Shown here in pieces: positions 1-9,325 of a DNA stretch of 41,545 nucleotides; position 1 is the stretch's first letter, and each line of letters begins with the position of its first letter. A program made the translations under genes and the position numbers. The notes below the pieces were generated by a model. The model did no database searches and had not been told where the DNA came from. It saw only the letters and a list, made by a program, of their open reading frames with translations. The DNA is from an uncultured bacterium (lineage in GTDB: Bacteria > CSSED10-310 > CAZUFC01): the NCBI GenBank assembly GCA_964619725.1, contig CAZUFC010000072.1, positions 1-41,545 on the forward strand. The letters are read 5' to 3'.

Positions 1-49
1 ATTAACTTGATATTGGTATTGTGAGCGATACCGTAGGCTTTCACATAAC

Positions 50-315
50 GCGCCTCCGGCGCTTAAGAGGATCGTCGCGGATTGATATTATCGTCCAATT
101 AATAAATTTTAGTAGGAAGTATGTTCCTCCTGCGCTTAAGCGGATTTTCGCAAATTAGTGTTGCCGTTCGCATTATAGACTCGAGGGGCAAGCATGACCC
201 TCCGGCGCTTGAGAGGATCGTCGCGCATTGGTATTGCCGTCCGCATAATAGATTTGAGGAGTTCATATGACCTTCCGGGGCTGAAGAAGATCATTGCTCA
301 TTGATATGCCGCATC
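50..315. repeat. Degenerate tandem repeat, 73-bp period, ~3.6 copies
   Basis: Units start at 53 (CCTCCGGCGCTTAAGAGGATCGTCGC), 126 (CCTCCTGCGCTTAAGCGGATTTTCGC), 199 (CCTCCGGCGCTTGAGAGGATCGTCGC) and 272 (CTTCCGGGGCTGAAGAAGATCATTGC). The three full units align end to end without indels. Hairpin GCGCC-TCC-GGCGC at 50-62. Confidence 0.9.
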
Positions 316-524
316 CTGGGATTTTCAAAAATTCATTATTTCGATGAAATTTTATGCAGGTCAAAAATTTTTTAGAATCATTTCCGCCGGCAGGACTTAA
401 TCCAGATACTCAGCCCCCTCTTTCCTTTGTTTTCGGCCTCTACCGCATATTTCATAAATATTCTTGCAGAAAATCGGGACTGAACAAGCCGGGAATTCTT
501 TCAAAACTTTTGACAATTTGTGTC

Positions 525-643
525 GACATCGCAATCGGTATCGCAATCGGTTCCGGGGTCGGGGTCAGGGTCGGTATCGCAATCGGGGTCGGTATCGCAA
601 TCGGAGATCGGTATCGGGATCGCAATCGGGAGCAAAATCGAAA
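525..643. repeat. Hexamer array (GGTATC/GCAATC/GGGGTC/GGGATC variants), ~19 units
   Basis: Read directly: GACATC GCAATC GGTATC GCAATC GGTTCC GGGGTC GGGGTC AGGGTC GGTATC GCAATC GGGGTC GGTATC GCAATC GGAGATC GGTATC GGGATC GCAATC... Confidence 0.9.
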
Positions 644-695
644 TAAAATGGTGCAAGGTTCTGTAAAATTGTAAGCTGAAAAGCCGATTTTTTGA

Positions 696-998
696 TCAAT
701 GCCTTTTTATTCCTCTTTTTATCGTCAAAAGACCTATACACAGGATAAGCAGAATCAGTCCTGAATTTTGCGTCGAGGGAATAGGCGGAATATAGGGCGT
801 ATGCAAAGCAGTCGTAGTTATCGTGGGGCTCCAGGTAAACGCAGGACTCGTTGTGGGTGTTTATGTAAAAGTAGCTGTGAGCGTCATGGTGGGAGTCAGA
901 GACGGTATCGGAGTGAAGTCGGTGACCTGGGGAAAGGCGGCGACTTCATTGCTGAGCGGTCCCAGATTAAAGAACTGAAAGGACTGAAAAGCGGTCAT
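696..998 (-). pseudogene. Remnant of a surface-protein 3' end: Pro/Thr linker plus IPTL-CTERM-like sorting signal, with an internal TAA
   Basis: Manual translation (not in the ORF track): MTAFQSFQFFNLGPLSNEVAAFPQVTDFTPIPSLTPTMTLTATFT*TPTTSPAFTWSPTITTTALHTPYIPPIPSTQNSGLILLILCIGLLTIKRGIKRH*. The internal stop is at 861-863. No intact N-terminal part was found upstream. Confidence 0.65.
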
Positions 999-1093
999 AG
1001 CCCTCCCGGGACGAACGCTACGACAATGTTTATAGCGATTAAAACGGTAATTCAGCTTCAGTCTTTTGAATCACGATAATTGTTTTGTTCGAG

Positions 1094-2066
1094 AGTAGAC
1101 GCAGCATCCTGCCGCGTTCCCATCAACCCCGATGCTGACCCCGGCGCTTACGAACGACCGAAAACCCGTTTTATATGCCTCAATCCATATTTACTGCTTT
1201 CATGCATTACAGCCCGATTCTGAGTATTTTCGTCGGCTTGATCCATGGCGGCTGCGGCAAAAAAACAGCAGCAGCAGCAAGCTTAGAGACCTGCCCGATT
1301 GATTGCGGAAAAACTGCTGTTTTCGCATCGATACCGGTGCAGGCATATGCCTTATTCGATTACTTTTCGAGGTGTGCATAGATACTACTGCGGCGGGTCA
1401 GGGCATCCGGAATCAAAGGTTTGATGAGCCATTTCAGCCTTATCGTTCGTATCAACCGCATCGGGAAAGCGGCAGGATGCCGCTTCTACTTTCTTGCCTT
1501 TTCTGTTGTTGGTTTTTGATTGACTGTTATTGTATTTTTTAAGTAGACACGGCATCCTGCCGCGCTCCCATCCGCCCCGATGCAGACCCCGATGCTTACG
1601 AACGACCGAAAACCCGTTTTATATGCCTCAATCCATATTTACTGCTTTCATGCATTACAGCCCGATTCTGAGTATTTTCGTCGGCTTGATCCATGGCGGC
1701 TGCGGCAAAAAAACAGCAGCAGCAGCAAGCTTAGAGACCTGCCCGATTGATTGCGGAAAAACTGCTGTTTTCGCATCGATACCGGTGCAGGCATATGCCT
1801 TATTCGATTACTTTTCGAGGTGTGCATAGATACTACTGCGGCGGGTCAGGGCATCCGGAATCAGAGGTTTGATGAGCCATTTCAGATTTATCGCTCTTAT
1901 TGACCTCATCGGGAACGCGGCAGGATGCCGCTTCTACTTTCTTGCCTTCTCTGTTTTTGGTTTTTGAATGACTGTTATTGTTTTTTAAAGTAGACGCGGC
2001 ATCCTGCCGCGTTCCCAGCGCCTCGGTGCAAATCCCGACGTATGCGAAAAACCGAAAGCCGTTTTG
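1094..2066. repeat. Tandem ~448-bp element (two full copies plus a partial third) bounded by inverted GTAG-family REP palindromes (REPIN/BIME-like array)
   Basis: Copies start at 1094, 1542 and 1989. Forward REP consensus AGTAGACGCGGCATCCTGCCGCGTTCCC at 1094/1542/1989. Inverted REP GGGAA(A/C)GCGGCAGGATGCCGCTTCTACT at 1463-1490 and 1911-1938. Core 1146-1415 is identical to 1594-1863. Confidence 0.92.
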
Positions 2067-2273
2067 GAAAAGGAGTTAGGACCTTCTGAAATGACGGGTA
2101 TAATTTGATTTTCTTGTCCTTCTGGCCGCCGGAATTTATCCCTGTCGTATCGAAACGCAGCAAACACAATATTTATTTTTAATACTCCGACACATTCAGC
2201 GACGAACAATTTTTGATTCCCGCTTGCTTTTGCGATATAGAAGTATTGGGTTGATTTTTCCAGGAGGACTCAT

Positions 2274-5200
2274 ATGAAAAAAATAATCCTTTTTTGTTTA
2301 CTTCTTTCCGTTTCAAATAACTTGTTCGGAGACGATACGTCGTTGGAACGCCGATATGTCATAGAAACCGGGGAGTCCTATGACGTTCTCCGTTCCGAAA
2401 ATTATGATCTACTGACGATGCCGAATTGCGATCTCAACCTGGAACCCGGCGAACCCATGATTCCCGTTCGTCCGGTTTACCTGAAGACGAAAGGTGATTT
2501 GACCGTTACTCAAATCGAAATCACGGAAATAGATGGTAAATTCCTTGAAGGCTATTTCGACATACCTGCCGCTCCTCAGCCTCAAGTATTATCGGACCCG
2601 AACCCGGAAAACATCAGGCTGCCGGACGAAAGCATTTTCGGCAGCGATCAGGGATTTCCCTCTTGCCCATTGAGCATATCCGGCCAATGCAATCTTCGGG
2701 GAAATGGCGTGCTGGCTTTGACTTATTACCCGGTGAGATATCACCCTCTGTCGGGCCGTATCTTTCTTGTTGAAGAATTGACTTATAAATTACACATGAG
2801 AGTTACCGGTAAAGAGGCTGATGAGCCGGTAAAAATAAACTTATCGCATGATTTTGAACGTTGTCTTTTTGCTGAGAACCCGTCAGACGACCGACCCGGC
2901 ATTCAAACTCCCGGCGGAGGAGAGATCAAATACCTGATTATAACCGCGGAAAATTTCGTTTCAGCTTTCGAGCCTTTATGCGAATGGAAAACGGCCAAGG
3001 GATTGCCCTGCTTTATCCAAACCGTGGAATGGATCGAATCGCATTGTGAAGGCGAGGACCTCCAGGAAAAAATGCGGAATTACGTTACAGAACTTTATGA
3101 AAATAACGGGTTGGAATGGCTGCTCTTGGGCGGCGACACCTATCTGTTGCCGGCCCGCATAACTTTCGCCATGGACTGTGAAGCCGGTTTTTACCCTGAT
3201 GAGAACGATCTCGGCGCCGACCTTTATTTTTCCGATCTGGACGGCGACTGGGATGCCGACGGCGACGGCATCTACGGGGAAGTGGAAGACAATGTCGACC
3301 TCTTCCCTGAGCTTTTCGTAGGACGTGCGCCGGTTGATCTTCTTCCGCAGGCCGAAGCATTTGTGCAAAAAACATTGGATTATGAGCTCAATCCTCCGTC
3401 CGATCATTGGAATCAGGTTCTCTTTCTGGGTGAGATACTCTGGAACAACCCCTTCACCGACGGAGGCGTCGGTAAGGATATGATAGATGATGAATGCTTT
3501 CCTCCGGAGTATGACCCTATCATGAAGCTGTATGAGTCTCAGGGAAATGAGACCTGGGCGTCGGTAATGGCTGCGTTGAATGACGGCAAAAACATCGTTA
3601 ATCATGACGGTCATGCTTTTTATGATGTAATGGGCGTCGGGGACGGTTACATGGATCAGGATGACATGGATGATTTGATCAACGGGGACAAACAGGGTCT
3701 GCTTTATTCCATCGGCTGCTGGGCCGCAGCCTTTGATTACGATGCCGTGGCCGAACATTTCGTTTTTAATCCTGACGGCGGCGGCGTCGCTTTCGTCGGT
3801 AATTACCGCTACGGATGGGGATCGCCCGGACATCCCGGATGGGGATATTCCGACCTTTTCGACAGGAAATTCATGCATTACCTTATCACTGAGCGCGTAA
3901 ACAGACCCGGCGAAACGCTGGCGCTTACCAGAACCTGGTTCATAGACCGCTCCCGCGAACAGAACGTTTATCGATGGCATCAGTATCAATTGAATTTGCT
4001 GGGCGACCCCGAATTGCCCATTTTGATCAGCGAACCGGTCGAAGCTGAAGTTTCGGCGCCCCAGGCTGTGATGGAAGGCCCGGCAAAGATCGACGTCATC
4101 GTGCAGCGAAGCGACGACGGAAAACCCGTGAAAAACGCCAGGGTATGCCTCAGCAATAACGACGGCGTTTATATCTTCGGTATGACGGACGACAAGGGCC
4201 AAATTTCTCTCCAGACACCTGTAACAGGCGAACAATTACGCCTTGTCGTCACCGGTCCCGGCCTTATTCCTTATGACGGCAGCATCGATGTTCTTCACGA
4301 AGGAGCCTGGCTTCACGTTTCTGAAACCTCCATTATCGACGACGGAACAGGCTCAAGTTTCGGCAATGCCGACAACGAAATTAACGCCGGCGAAACCATC
4401 GAATTATTCATCCACCTGGAGAACCTGGGTCAGGAAACCGCAACTTCAGTCTCCGCAACTTTAACTTCCGAAGATCCCTTTGTAACCGTTCTGCAAAATA
4501 CCGCAGACTTTTCAAATATCCCTCCTCTGGATCAGGCGGGACCCGGCTCTCCTTTCCTTCTGCAATTTTCTCCGGATACGCCGGATGCTCATACCTCATT
4601 CATGCGACTGCTGATTGAATATAACGCTCAATCCAGAACTGACGTCATTCCTCTGAAAGTCGTCACGGCATCCATTATCTACAATGGTTACGTGGTCTAC
4701 GATGATCAAGGCGGCGATTCCGATGCAGAAGCCGATCCCGGTGAAACCGTCCGTTTATATGTGCTGCTGAAGAACACAGGAACAGGATGGGCTCACGATA
4801 TTACCGGAGAACTGACCAGCGATTCACCCCTGGTAGATATACAGTCAAGTCACGATCAATACCCGGACCTGCACGTCAACGTTTCCTCCGGCGGTCTGAA
4901 CGCGTTCAACATACATTTTGACGGCGCTCTGGACGACGGCTGCCTTCTTCCTTTCCAATTGCACGCGTCCTGGAACAATGATGAGGCCGTATTGGAGTTT
5001 CCCGTCAGCGTCGGCAATACGGGTTTTGAATCGGATATGGAAAGTATCGGCGGCTGGACAGTCGAAGGCGGCGGATGGAACCTATCGGCGCATAGATATT
5101 CTTCCGGTCTGCATTCGTTTTATTGCGGCATTCCTGACGAATGGGAATACGGAAACAACTGGAATTGCAGCCTGGTCAGCCCTGAATTCAATGCCGCTCC

Positions 5201-5873
5201 GCCTGTTTCCCTGTCATTCAACCGTTGGTTTCAACTTCCCATGTACGGAAGCGACGGCTTGTTCGTTGAAATACGGGATAACGCAGATCAATGGATACCT
5301 CTGACCTTCATCGGCAGCGGAGGCGCACTTCCCCTCTTGACGCTGGACTCCGACTGGAATGAATGCCGCCTGGATATTTCCCGGTTCGATTCGCCTATTC
5401 AATTCCGGTTCCGGTTCGAAAGCGACGATTATAATACCAAAGAAGGCTTCTATATCGATCAGGTCAAAGCTGAAGGATACGCCGGCAGCGCCTGGGGCAG
5501 CGAGAATCCCGCCTATCCTACGCCCACGCCGACTTACACGCCCCCGCCAACGCCGACTCAAACGCCGTTGCCCAAGCCCGTCATCGGTGCAGCCGGATGG
5601 TGGAATACACGCCTGACGACGAACGGCGGCTTCCTTTCCTTCACCGTCTGGGCTTACGATCCTCAAAATCAGGGCATCAGGGGAGTATTCGTCCTGGCAG
5701 ACGGCATTCCCACCGATATCGCCATTCCACCCATGCCGGGAACTGAAAATTTCTTTATGCTGGAAAACATACCGGTGGACGACCTGCCGGAAGGCGAAAC
5801 CGTAATTCAAATCGCTGCTCAAAATGAATCTGGCGTCTGGAGCGATCCCTGGCCGTCCCTGAACGTCGAATAA
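2274..5873 (+). CDS. Secreted peptidase family C25 (gingipain-like) with propeptide, Ig-like repeats, jelly-roll domain, PT linker and C-terminal domain
   Basis: RBS AGGAGG at 2262-2267. Signal peptide MKKIILFCLLLSVS. C25 motifs YLIIT, WKTAKG, WLLLGGD, DLYFSDLDG, ELFVGR, NHDGH (catalytic His), SIGCW (catalytic Cys), NLLGDPEL. Two GET(I/V)xLxxxLxNxG repeats. PTPTPT linker. Confidence 0.9.
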   Translation: MKKIILFCLLLSVSNNLFGDDTSLERRYVIETGESYDVLRSENYDLLTMPNCDLNLEPGEPMIPVRPVYLKTKGDLTVTQIEITEIDGKFLEGYFDIPAAPQPQVLSDPNPENIRLPDESIFGSDQGFPSCPLSISGQCNLRGNGVLALTYYPVRYHPLSGRIFLVEELTYKLHMRVTGKEADEPVKINLSHDFERCLFAENPSDDRPGIQTPGGGEIKYLIITAENFVSAFEPLCEWKTAKGLPCFIQTVEWIESHCEGEDLQEKMRNYVTELYENNGLEWLLLGGDTYLLPARITFAMDCEAGFYPDENDLGADLYFSDLDGDWDADGDGIYGEVEDNVDLFPELFVGRAPVDLLPQAEAFVQKTLDYELNPPSDHWNQVLFLGEILWNNPFTDGGVGKDMIDDECFPPEYDPIMKLYESQGNETWASVMAALNDGKNIVNHDGHAFYDVMGVGDGYMDQDDMDDLINGDKQGLLYSIGCWAAAFDYDAVAEHFVFNPDGGGVAFVGNYRYGWGSPGHPGWGYSDLFDRKFMHYLITERVNRPGETLALTRTWFIDRSREQNVYRWHQYQLNLLGDPELPILISEPVEAEVSAPQAVMEGPAKIDVIVQRSDDGKPVKNARVCLSNNDGVYIFGMTDDKGQISLQTPVTGEQLRLVVTGPGLIPYDGSIDVLHEGAWLHVSETSIIDDGTGSSFGNADNEINAGETIELFIHLENLGQETATSVSATLTSEDPFVTVLQNTADFSNIPPLDQAGPGSPFLLQFSPDTPDAHTSFMRLLIEYNAQSRTDVIPLKVVTASIIYNGYVVYDDQGGDSDAEADPGETVRLYVLLKNTGTGWAHDITGELTSDSPLVDIQSSHDQYPDLHVNVSSGGLNAFNIHFDGALDDGCLLPFQLHASWNNDEAVLEFPVSVGNTGFESDMESIGGWTVEGGGWNLSAHRYSSGLHSFYCGIPDEWEYGNNWNCSLVSPEFNAAPPVSLSFNRWFQLPMYGSDGLFVEIRDNADQWIPLTFIGSGGALPLLTLDSDWNECRLDISRFDSPIQFRFRFESDDYNTKEGFYIDQVKAEGYAGSAWGSENPAYPTPTPTYTPPPTPTQTPLPKPVIGAAGWWNTRLTTNGGFLSFTVWAYDPQNQGIRGVFVLADGIPTDIAIPPMPGTENFFMLENIPVDDLPEGETVIQIAAQNESGVWSDPWPSLNVE

Positions 5874-6012
5874 AAAAACACATAAAACAAAGAGGCCGTA
5901 TGCTCCAGAAAGAACTCCGACTAGTGACTCTCCGCATACTCGAATCTCAATTCAAAATTTATTGCAGGACCAAAAGTGACTAATTTTTCACCTGTTTCAT
6001 CCGACTTTCCGC

Positions 6013-7227
6013 CTACTTTTTCCTCAGCAGAATAAGCGTAAAATCGTCGTCCATAGGGGTAGTCGGCCCGATGTGAAATGCCGCATATTTTATTTTTTCA
6101 ATTATCTGGTCCAACGATAAATTGGAATATTTAATAATAATCTCCGCCAGCTTCCCTGCGCCGTCTTCTCCTTCTTTTTCCGCCAGGCTGTCCAGCACCC
6201 CATCCGAATAAAGCGAAAGAATGTCGCCGGATTTCAAGGTCAACTGGCGCTCTTTATATTGCGCCTCGATCCTCCAACCCAGCGGCAGCCCTTCCACGCC
6301 AATTTCCCTGGCCGTATCGTTTCGAATCAGCATTGGCGGCAGATGCCCCGCGCAACTGAACCTGACTTTCGTCCTTTCCCGGCTTAAAACGGCGATACAG
6401 GTCGTTATCAGCGTCCTGCTTTCCATGTTCCTTATAATGTGACGGTTTAATCTGCCCAGTATCTGTCGCGGCCGGAATTCACGATACAAAAGCAGTCTAT
6501 AAGCGGAATGCAGATAAACCGCCGGCAGGGTCGCGGTGATCCCCTTGCCTATGGCGTCAGCGATAAATAAAAATAATCTGCTGGATTTCGTCAGGCCTAC
6601 ATCATATATGTCGCCGCCCACCTTCAAGGCGGGACGACACAAAGCCGCAGTCTCCAGTTTCTCGTCATTGGGAAGACTATTCGGAAGCAAAGACGACTGC
6701 ATCTTGGCCGCTATCTTCAGCTCCTTCTCCAATGTGATCTTTTTCATCAGCGCTTCGGCCAGGAATGCGCTTCTGAGAGATACATGCGAAATATTGAGCA
6801 ACCCTTCAAAATCCGTTTTCGATCTTTCAGGAACGCCACCGAACAACAAATACAATAATTCGCCTTCACGTTCGGTTACGAAAAAACTTTTGAACACATC
6901 CACCCAGGACGGCCGGGGTTCTTCATAATTCTTTACGATCCTGAATCTTTCGAATATCGTATCCTCGGTCTCAGCCGCTTCAAATCGCTTTTTCAATTCA
7001 TCGATTATCGGACTTACGAACGTCTCTTCCAGTACTTTTTCATCATCTGAATCGATTCCGCGTATCCTCTCGAATCTGAAATTCAAACTCAATACGTCGA
7101 TAGATACTATAACCGCTGTCCGGACTTCATACGCTTCGCACAATTCATCGATAATAAAATTGAAGACGTCATCCAGGTTCCTCAATTCAACCAGTTTTCG
7201 TTCAAGTTCTCTGTATACATTCTCCAT
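6013..7227 (-). CDS. SpoIIE/RsbU-type PP2C serine phosphatase with N-terminal sensory (GAF-like) region
   Basis: ELKIAAKMQSSLLP coiled linker, then GGDIYD, ADAIGKG, CAGHLPP, GLPLG, LYSDG and DDFTLI motifs. Confidence 0.88.
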   Translation of the reverse strand: MENVYRELERKLVELRNLDDVFNFIIDELCEAYEVRTAVIVSIDVLSLNFRFERIRGIDSDDEKVLEETFVSPIIDELKKRFEAAETEDTIFERFRIVKNYEEPRPSWVDVFKSFFVTEREGELLYLLFGGVPERSKTDFEGLLNISHVSLRSAFLAEALMKKITLEKELKIAAKMQSSLLPNSLPNDEKLETAALCRPALKVGGDIYDVGLTKSSRLFLFIADAIGKGITATLPAVYLHSAYRLLLYREFRPRQILGRLNRHIIRNMESRTLITTCIAVLSRERTKVRFSCAGHLPPMLIRNDTAREIGVEGLPLGWRIEAQYKERQLTLKSGDILSLYSDGVLDSLAEKEGEDGAGKLAEIIIKYSNLSLDQIIEKIKYAAFHIGPTTPMDDDFTLILLRKK

Positions 7228-7358
7228 ATGCCGATACTCAAGCCGATTTCAGCCGCTGGCGTCAGTAACGCAGCCGGTTCATCCTCCGCTATGCATTCTA
7301 AGGCAATGCCGGTTCATTTCCAGGAATAAAATAATTCGTCTGACTTCCTGGAAATTCG

Positions 7359-9305
7359 TTATTCTTCCTGCTCCTCTTTCTTCAGCATTATTATATTATT
7401 TCTGAGTTTTCCAAAGCGATCAATCTGTTCTTTGAATTCATCATATTGTTCGGGCATGATTGTACGTTCGTCGTATTTGAATGTTCTGCGCAGCGTTATC
7501 AAGTCATTTTCAGGGTCAAATTCAGAAGACTGAGTGAATTCGCCGTATTCCGGATCAAAATCTATTTCAGGCGGTTGGAATAAAACTCGCTGATCCGTCG
7601 GTATGACTATTTCATACGTTGTTGATACTTCGCATTCCGTCATAATTCTGAATGGGTACGTTCTTTTCTCCAGGCGCGGCGCTTCTAGTAGCCTTGAGAA
7701 ACCGTAAGGAAATTCAGGAAGCTCGATAGTCATGATATCGCCCTGAAGAATGCCGAAATGCCTGGCCGTGAAAGACTGACTGACATTCATCTGCGTCAAT
7801 GGGTCCGAGGCGTCCGTATAGGAATGCTCTATTTCTTCAGAATCAGTAACCAGGGCCGATAACGCTTCATCAAAAAACATATCAGCTTCCTGGCCGGTTT
7901 TGTCCCGCAATTCCATCCGGCTTATCGCATCAAAATATCCGAATAATTCGCTTGAAATTCGCCCCTCAACCACATTGCCGTTATCGTCCAGCTCCACCCG
8001 TATCAGATTCTCAGCCCTTGATTCCACATCTTCAGGAAATTCGACTGAAACAAATTCATAACCCTCTTCCGAAATCAGCAATCCTTCGCTTTTACTGCCT
8101 TTCCTGAAATAAGGATAGGGTTCGTAATCGGACAGAGGGTCCAGGAAAAGATATTCGTCCTCCTTCAGCGCCGCTCTTACGATAACTTTATTGAACTGAT
8201 CCAGGGCCGGTATTTCTTTAATAACGGGTATTCGTTCCTGCTCCACAAGAACCGGTTGAGCTTCAATTCCCGCCGCACGCAGTAACGACGTCAGCAGGAC
8301 CGCTTTGTCAGTACCGTCGCCGTACCTGTTTTCGAGAATTTCCCCGGCTTTATGAGGATGATGTCCGACCAGTCCGAAAGGTAAATAGACATTCCTTACC
8401 TTCTTTGTCAGGAACAGGAATATCTTCTGAACTTTTTCCTCCGCCCCACTTGCATCGCCTATCAACTCCTCCGCCTTTTCTTTTATCGCTCCCTTCACCT
8501 CGACCGCATCTTCAAAAGGCTCTTTGAACTCCCTGATAACCTCATCCCAGGATTCCGCTGTGCTGAATATGATTCGAGGCGCTATTTCCTTTAAACCAGG
8601 CATATATTCTTCCGTCTTGATCTGATCCTGACCCGTCACAGAGACTTTGATGCCGTTTTTTCCCTTATCGTCCAACGGAGCTACCGTTCCGTTGAAATCA
8701 ACGCAGCGACAGAAAATCTCCATTTCTTCCGGAACCCGGATATTTACTGTACGGGACAAAAGAGGTTCGTATTTCTGAAGGAGTATGCTTCCGCTCAGAA
8801 TTTTATTTTTTTCCGGTTCGAGAATCTTTTTATATTTCGTTTCCAAAACGACTCCTGGTTCTGCAGCCGGAAACGACAGCACGCGGTCCGCCACGTTTGC
8901 ATAAATCGCCGCATTCATCAGGTAGGGAGGAGTTACATCATTAATGTTTCCTTCGTCCACTTCTATTACGGTTTTGTCTTCCTTAAAGGTCCGGGCTTCC
9001 TCCAGGATTACCTCTTCCCTTTCCTTGTCATAAGTGATCCTCAGATCGCTGAATTCGCCTCTTCCCTTCTGGTTCAAAATTTTATCGGCCCTGTAGACTT
9101 CTTCAATGATTGTGCCGTCTTTTTGTAATGTTAATGTAATGACTGATTTCAAATACAGTCCCGTAGCGTCCGGATACTCAGAAGCGCCCGGAGCGTCTTC
9201 TATTAAACGTTCAATTTCCGTTTCCGAATGAACGACGATCCCGGAAAAAGCCAACCAAAATGCCGCTATTACAACAATTATACTCTTATTTCCTTTTATC
9301 CTCAT
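7359..9305 (-). CDS. DUF3857 + transglutaminase-like + DUF3858 exported protein, catalytic residues degenerate
   Basis: ATG at 9305 preceded by AAGGAGG. Signal peptide. TGase-fold motifs read YGDGTDKAVLL (Cys replaced by Gly), FNKVI (His replaced by Lys) and FLDPL. Confidence 0.82.
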   Translation of the reverse strand: MRIKGNKSIIVVIAAFWLAFSGIVVHSETEIERLIEDAPGASEYPDATGLYLKSVITLTLQKDGTIIEEVYRADKILNQKGRGEFSDLRITYDKEREEVILEEARTFKEDKTVIEVDEGNINDVTPPYLMNAAIYANVADRVLSFPAAEPGVVLETKYKKILEPEKNKILSGSILLQKYEPLLSRTVNIRVPEEMEIFCRCVDFNGTVAPLDDKGKNGIKVSVTGQDQIKTEEYMPGLKEIAPRIIFSTAESWDEVIREFKEPFEDAVEVKGAIKEKAEELIGDASGAEEKVQKIFLFLTKKVRNVYLPFGLVGHHPHKAGEILENRYGDGTDKAVLLTSLLRAAGIEAQPVLVEQERIPVIKEIPALDQFNKVIVRAALKEDEYLFLDPLSDYEPYPYFRKGSKSEGLLISEEGYEFVSVEFPEDVESRAENLIRVELDDNGNVVEGRISSELFGYFDAISRMELRDKTGQEADMFFDEALSALVTDSEEIEHSYTDASDPLTQMNVSQSFTARHFGILQGDIMTIELPEFPYGFSRLLEAPRLEKRTYPFRIMTECEVSTTYEIVIPTDQRVLFQPPEIDFDPEYGEFTQSSEFDPENDLITLRRTFKYDERTIMPEQYDEFKEQIDRFGKLRNNIIMLKKEEQEE

Positions 9306-9325
9306 GATACCGCCTCCTTCCGACA

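Noticed and set aside
53-315. CRISPR array (period similar to repeat plus spacer)
   Set aside because: The would-be spacers are homologous to each other, the repeats are not identical, and there are no cas genes in the window.
354-674. ORFs 354..674 and 464..646
   Set aside because: Their low-complexity translations arise from the hexamer array. No RBS or recognisable domain.
768-1079. ORF 768..1079 (+)
   Set aside because: Antisense to the minus-strand PT-linker/sorting-signal remnant, which looks far more protein-like.
1175-2209. Short ORFs within the REP array as genes, or a transposase
   Set aside because: No RBS, no HUH/DDE motifs, and several run through the REP palindromes. The 68-codon ORF is kept only as a possible cargo.
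2976-4235. 419-aa minus-strand ORF
   Set aside because: Antisense shadow of the C25 peptidase with no motifs.
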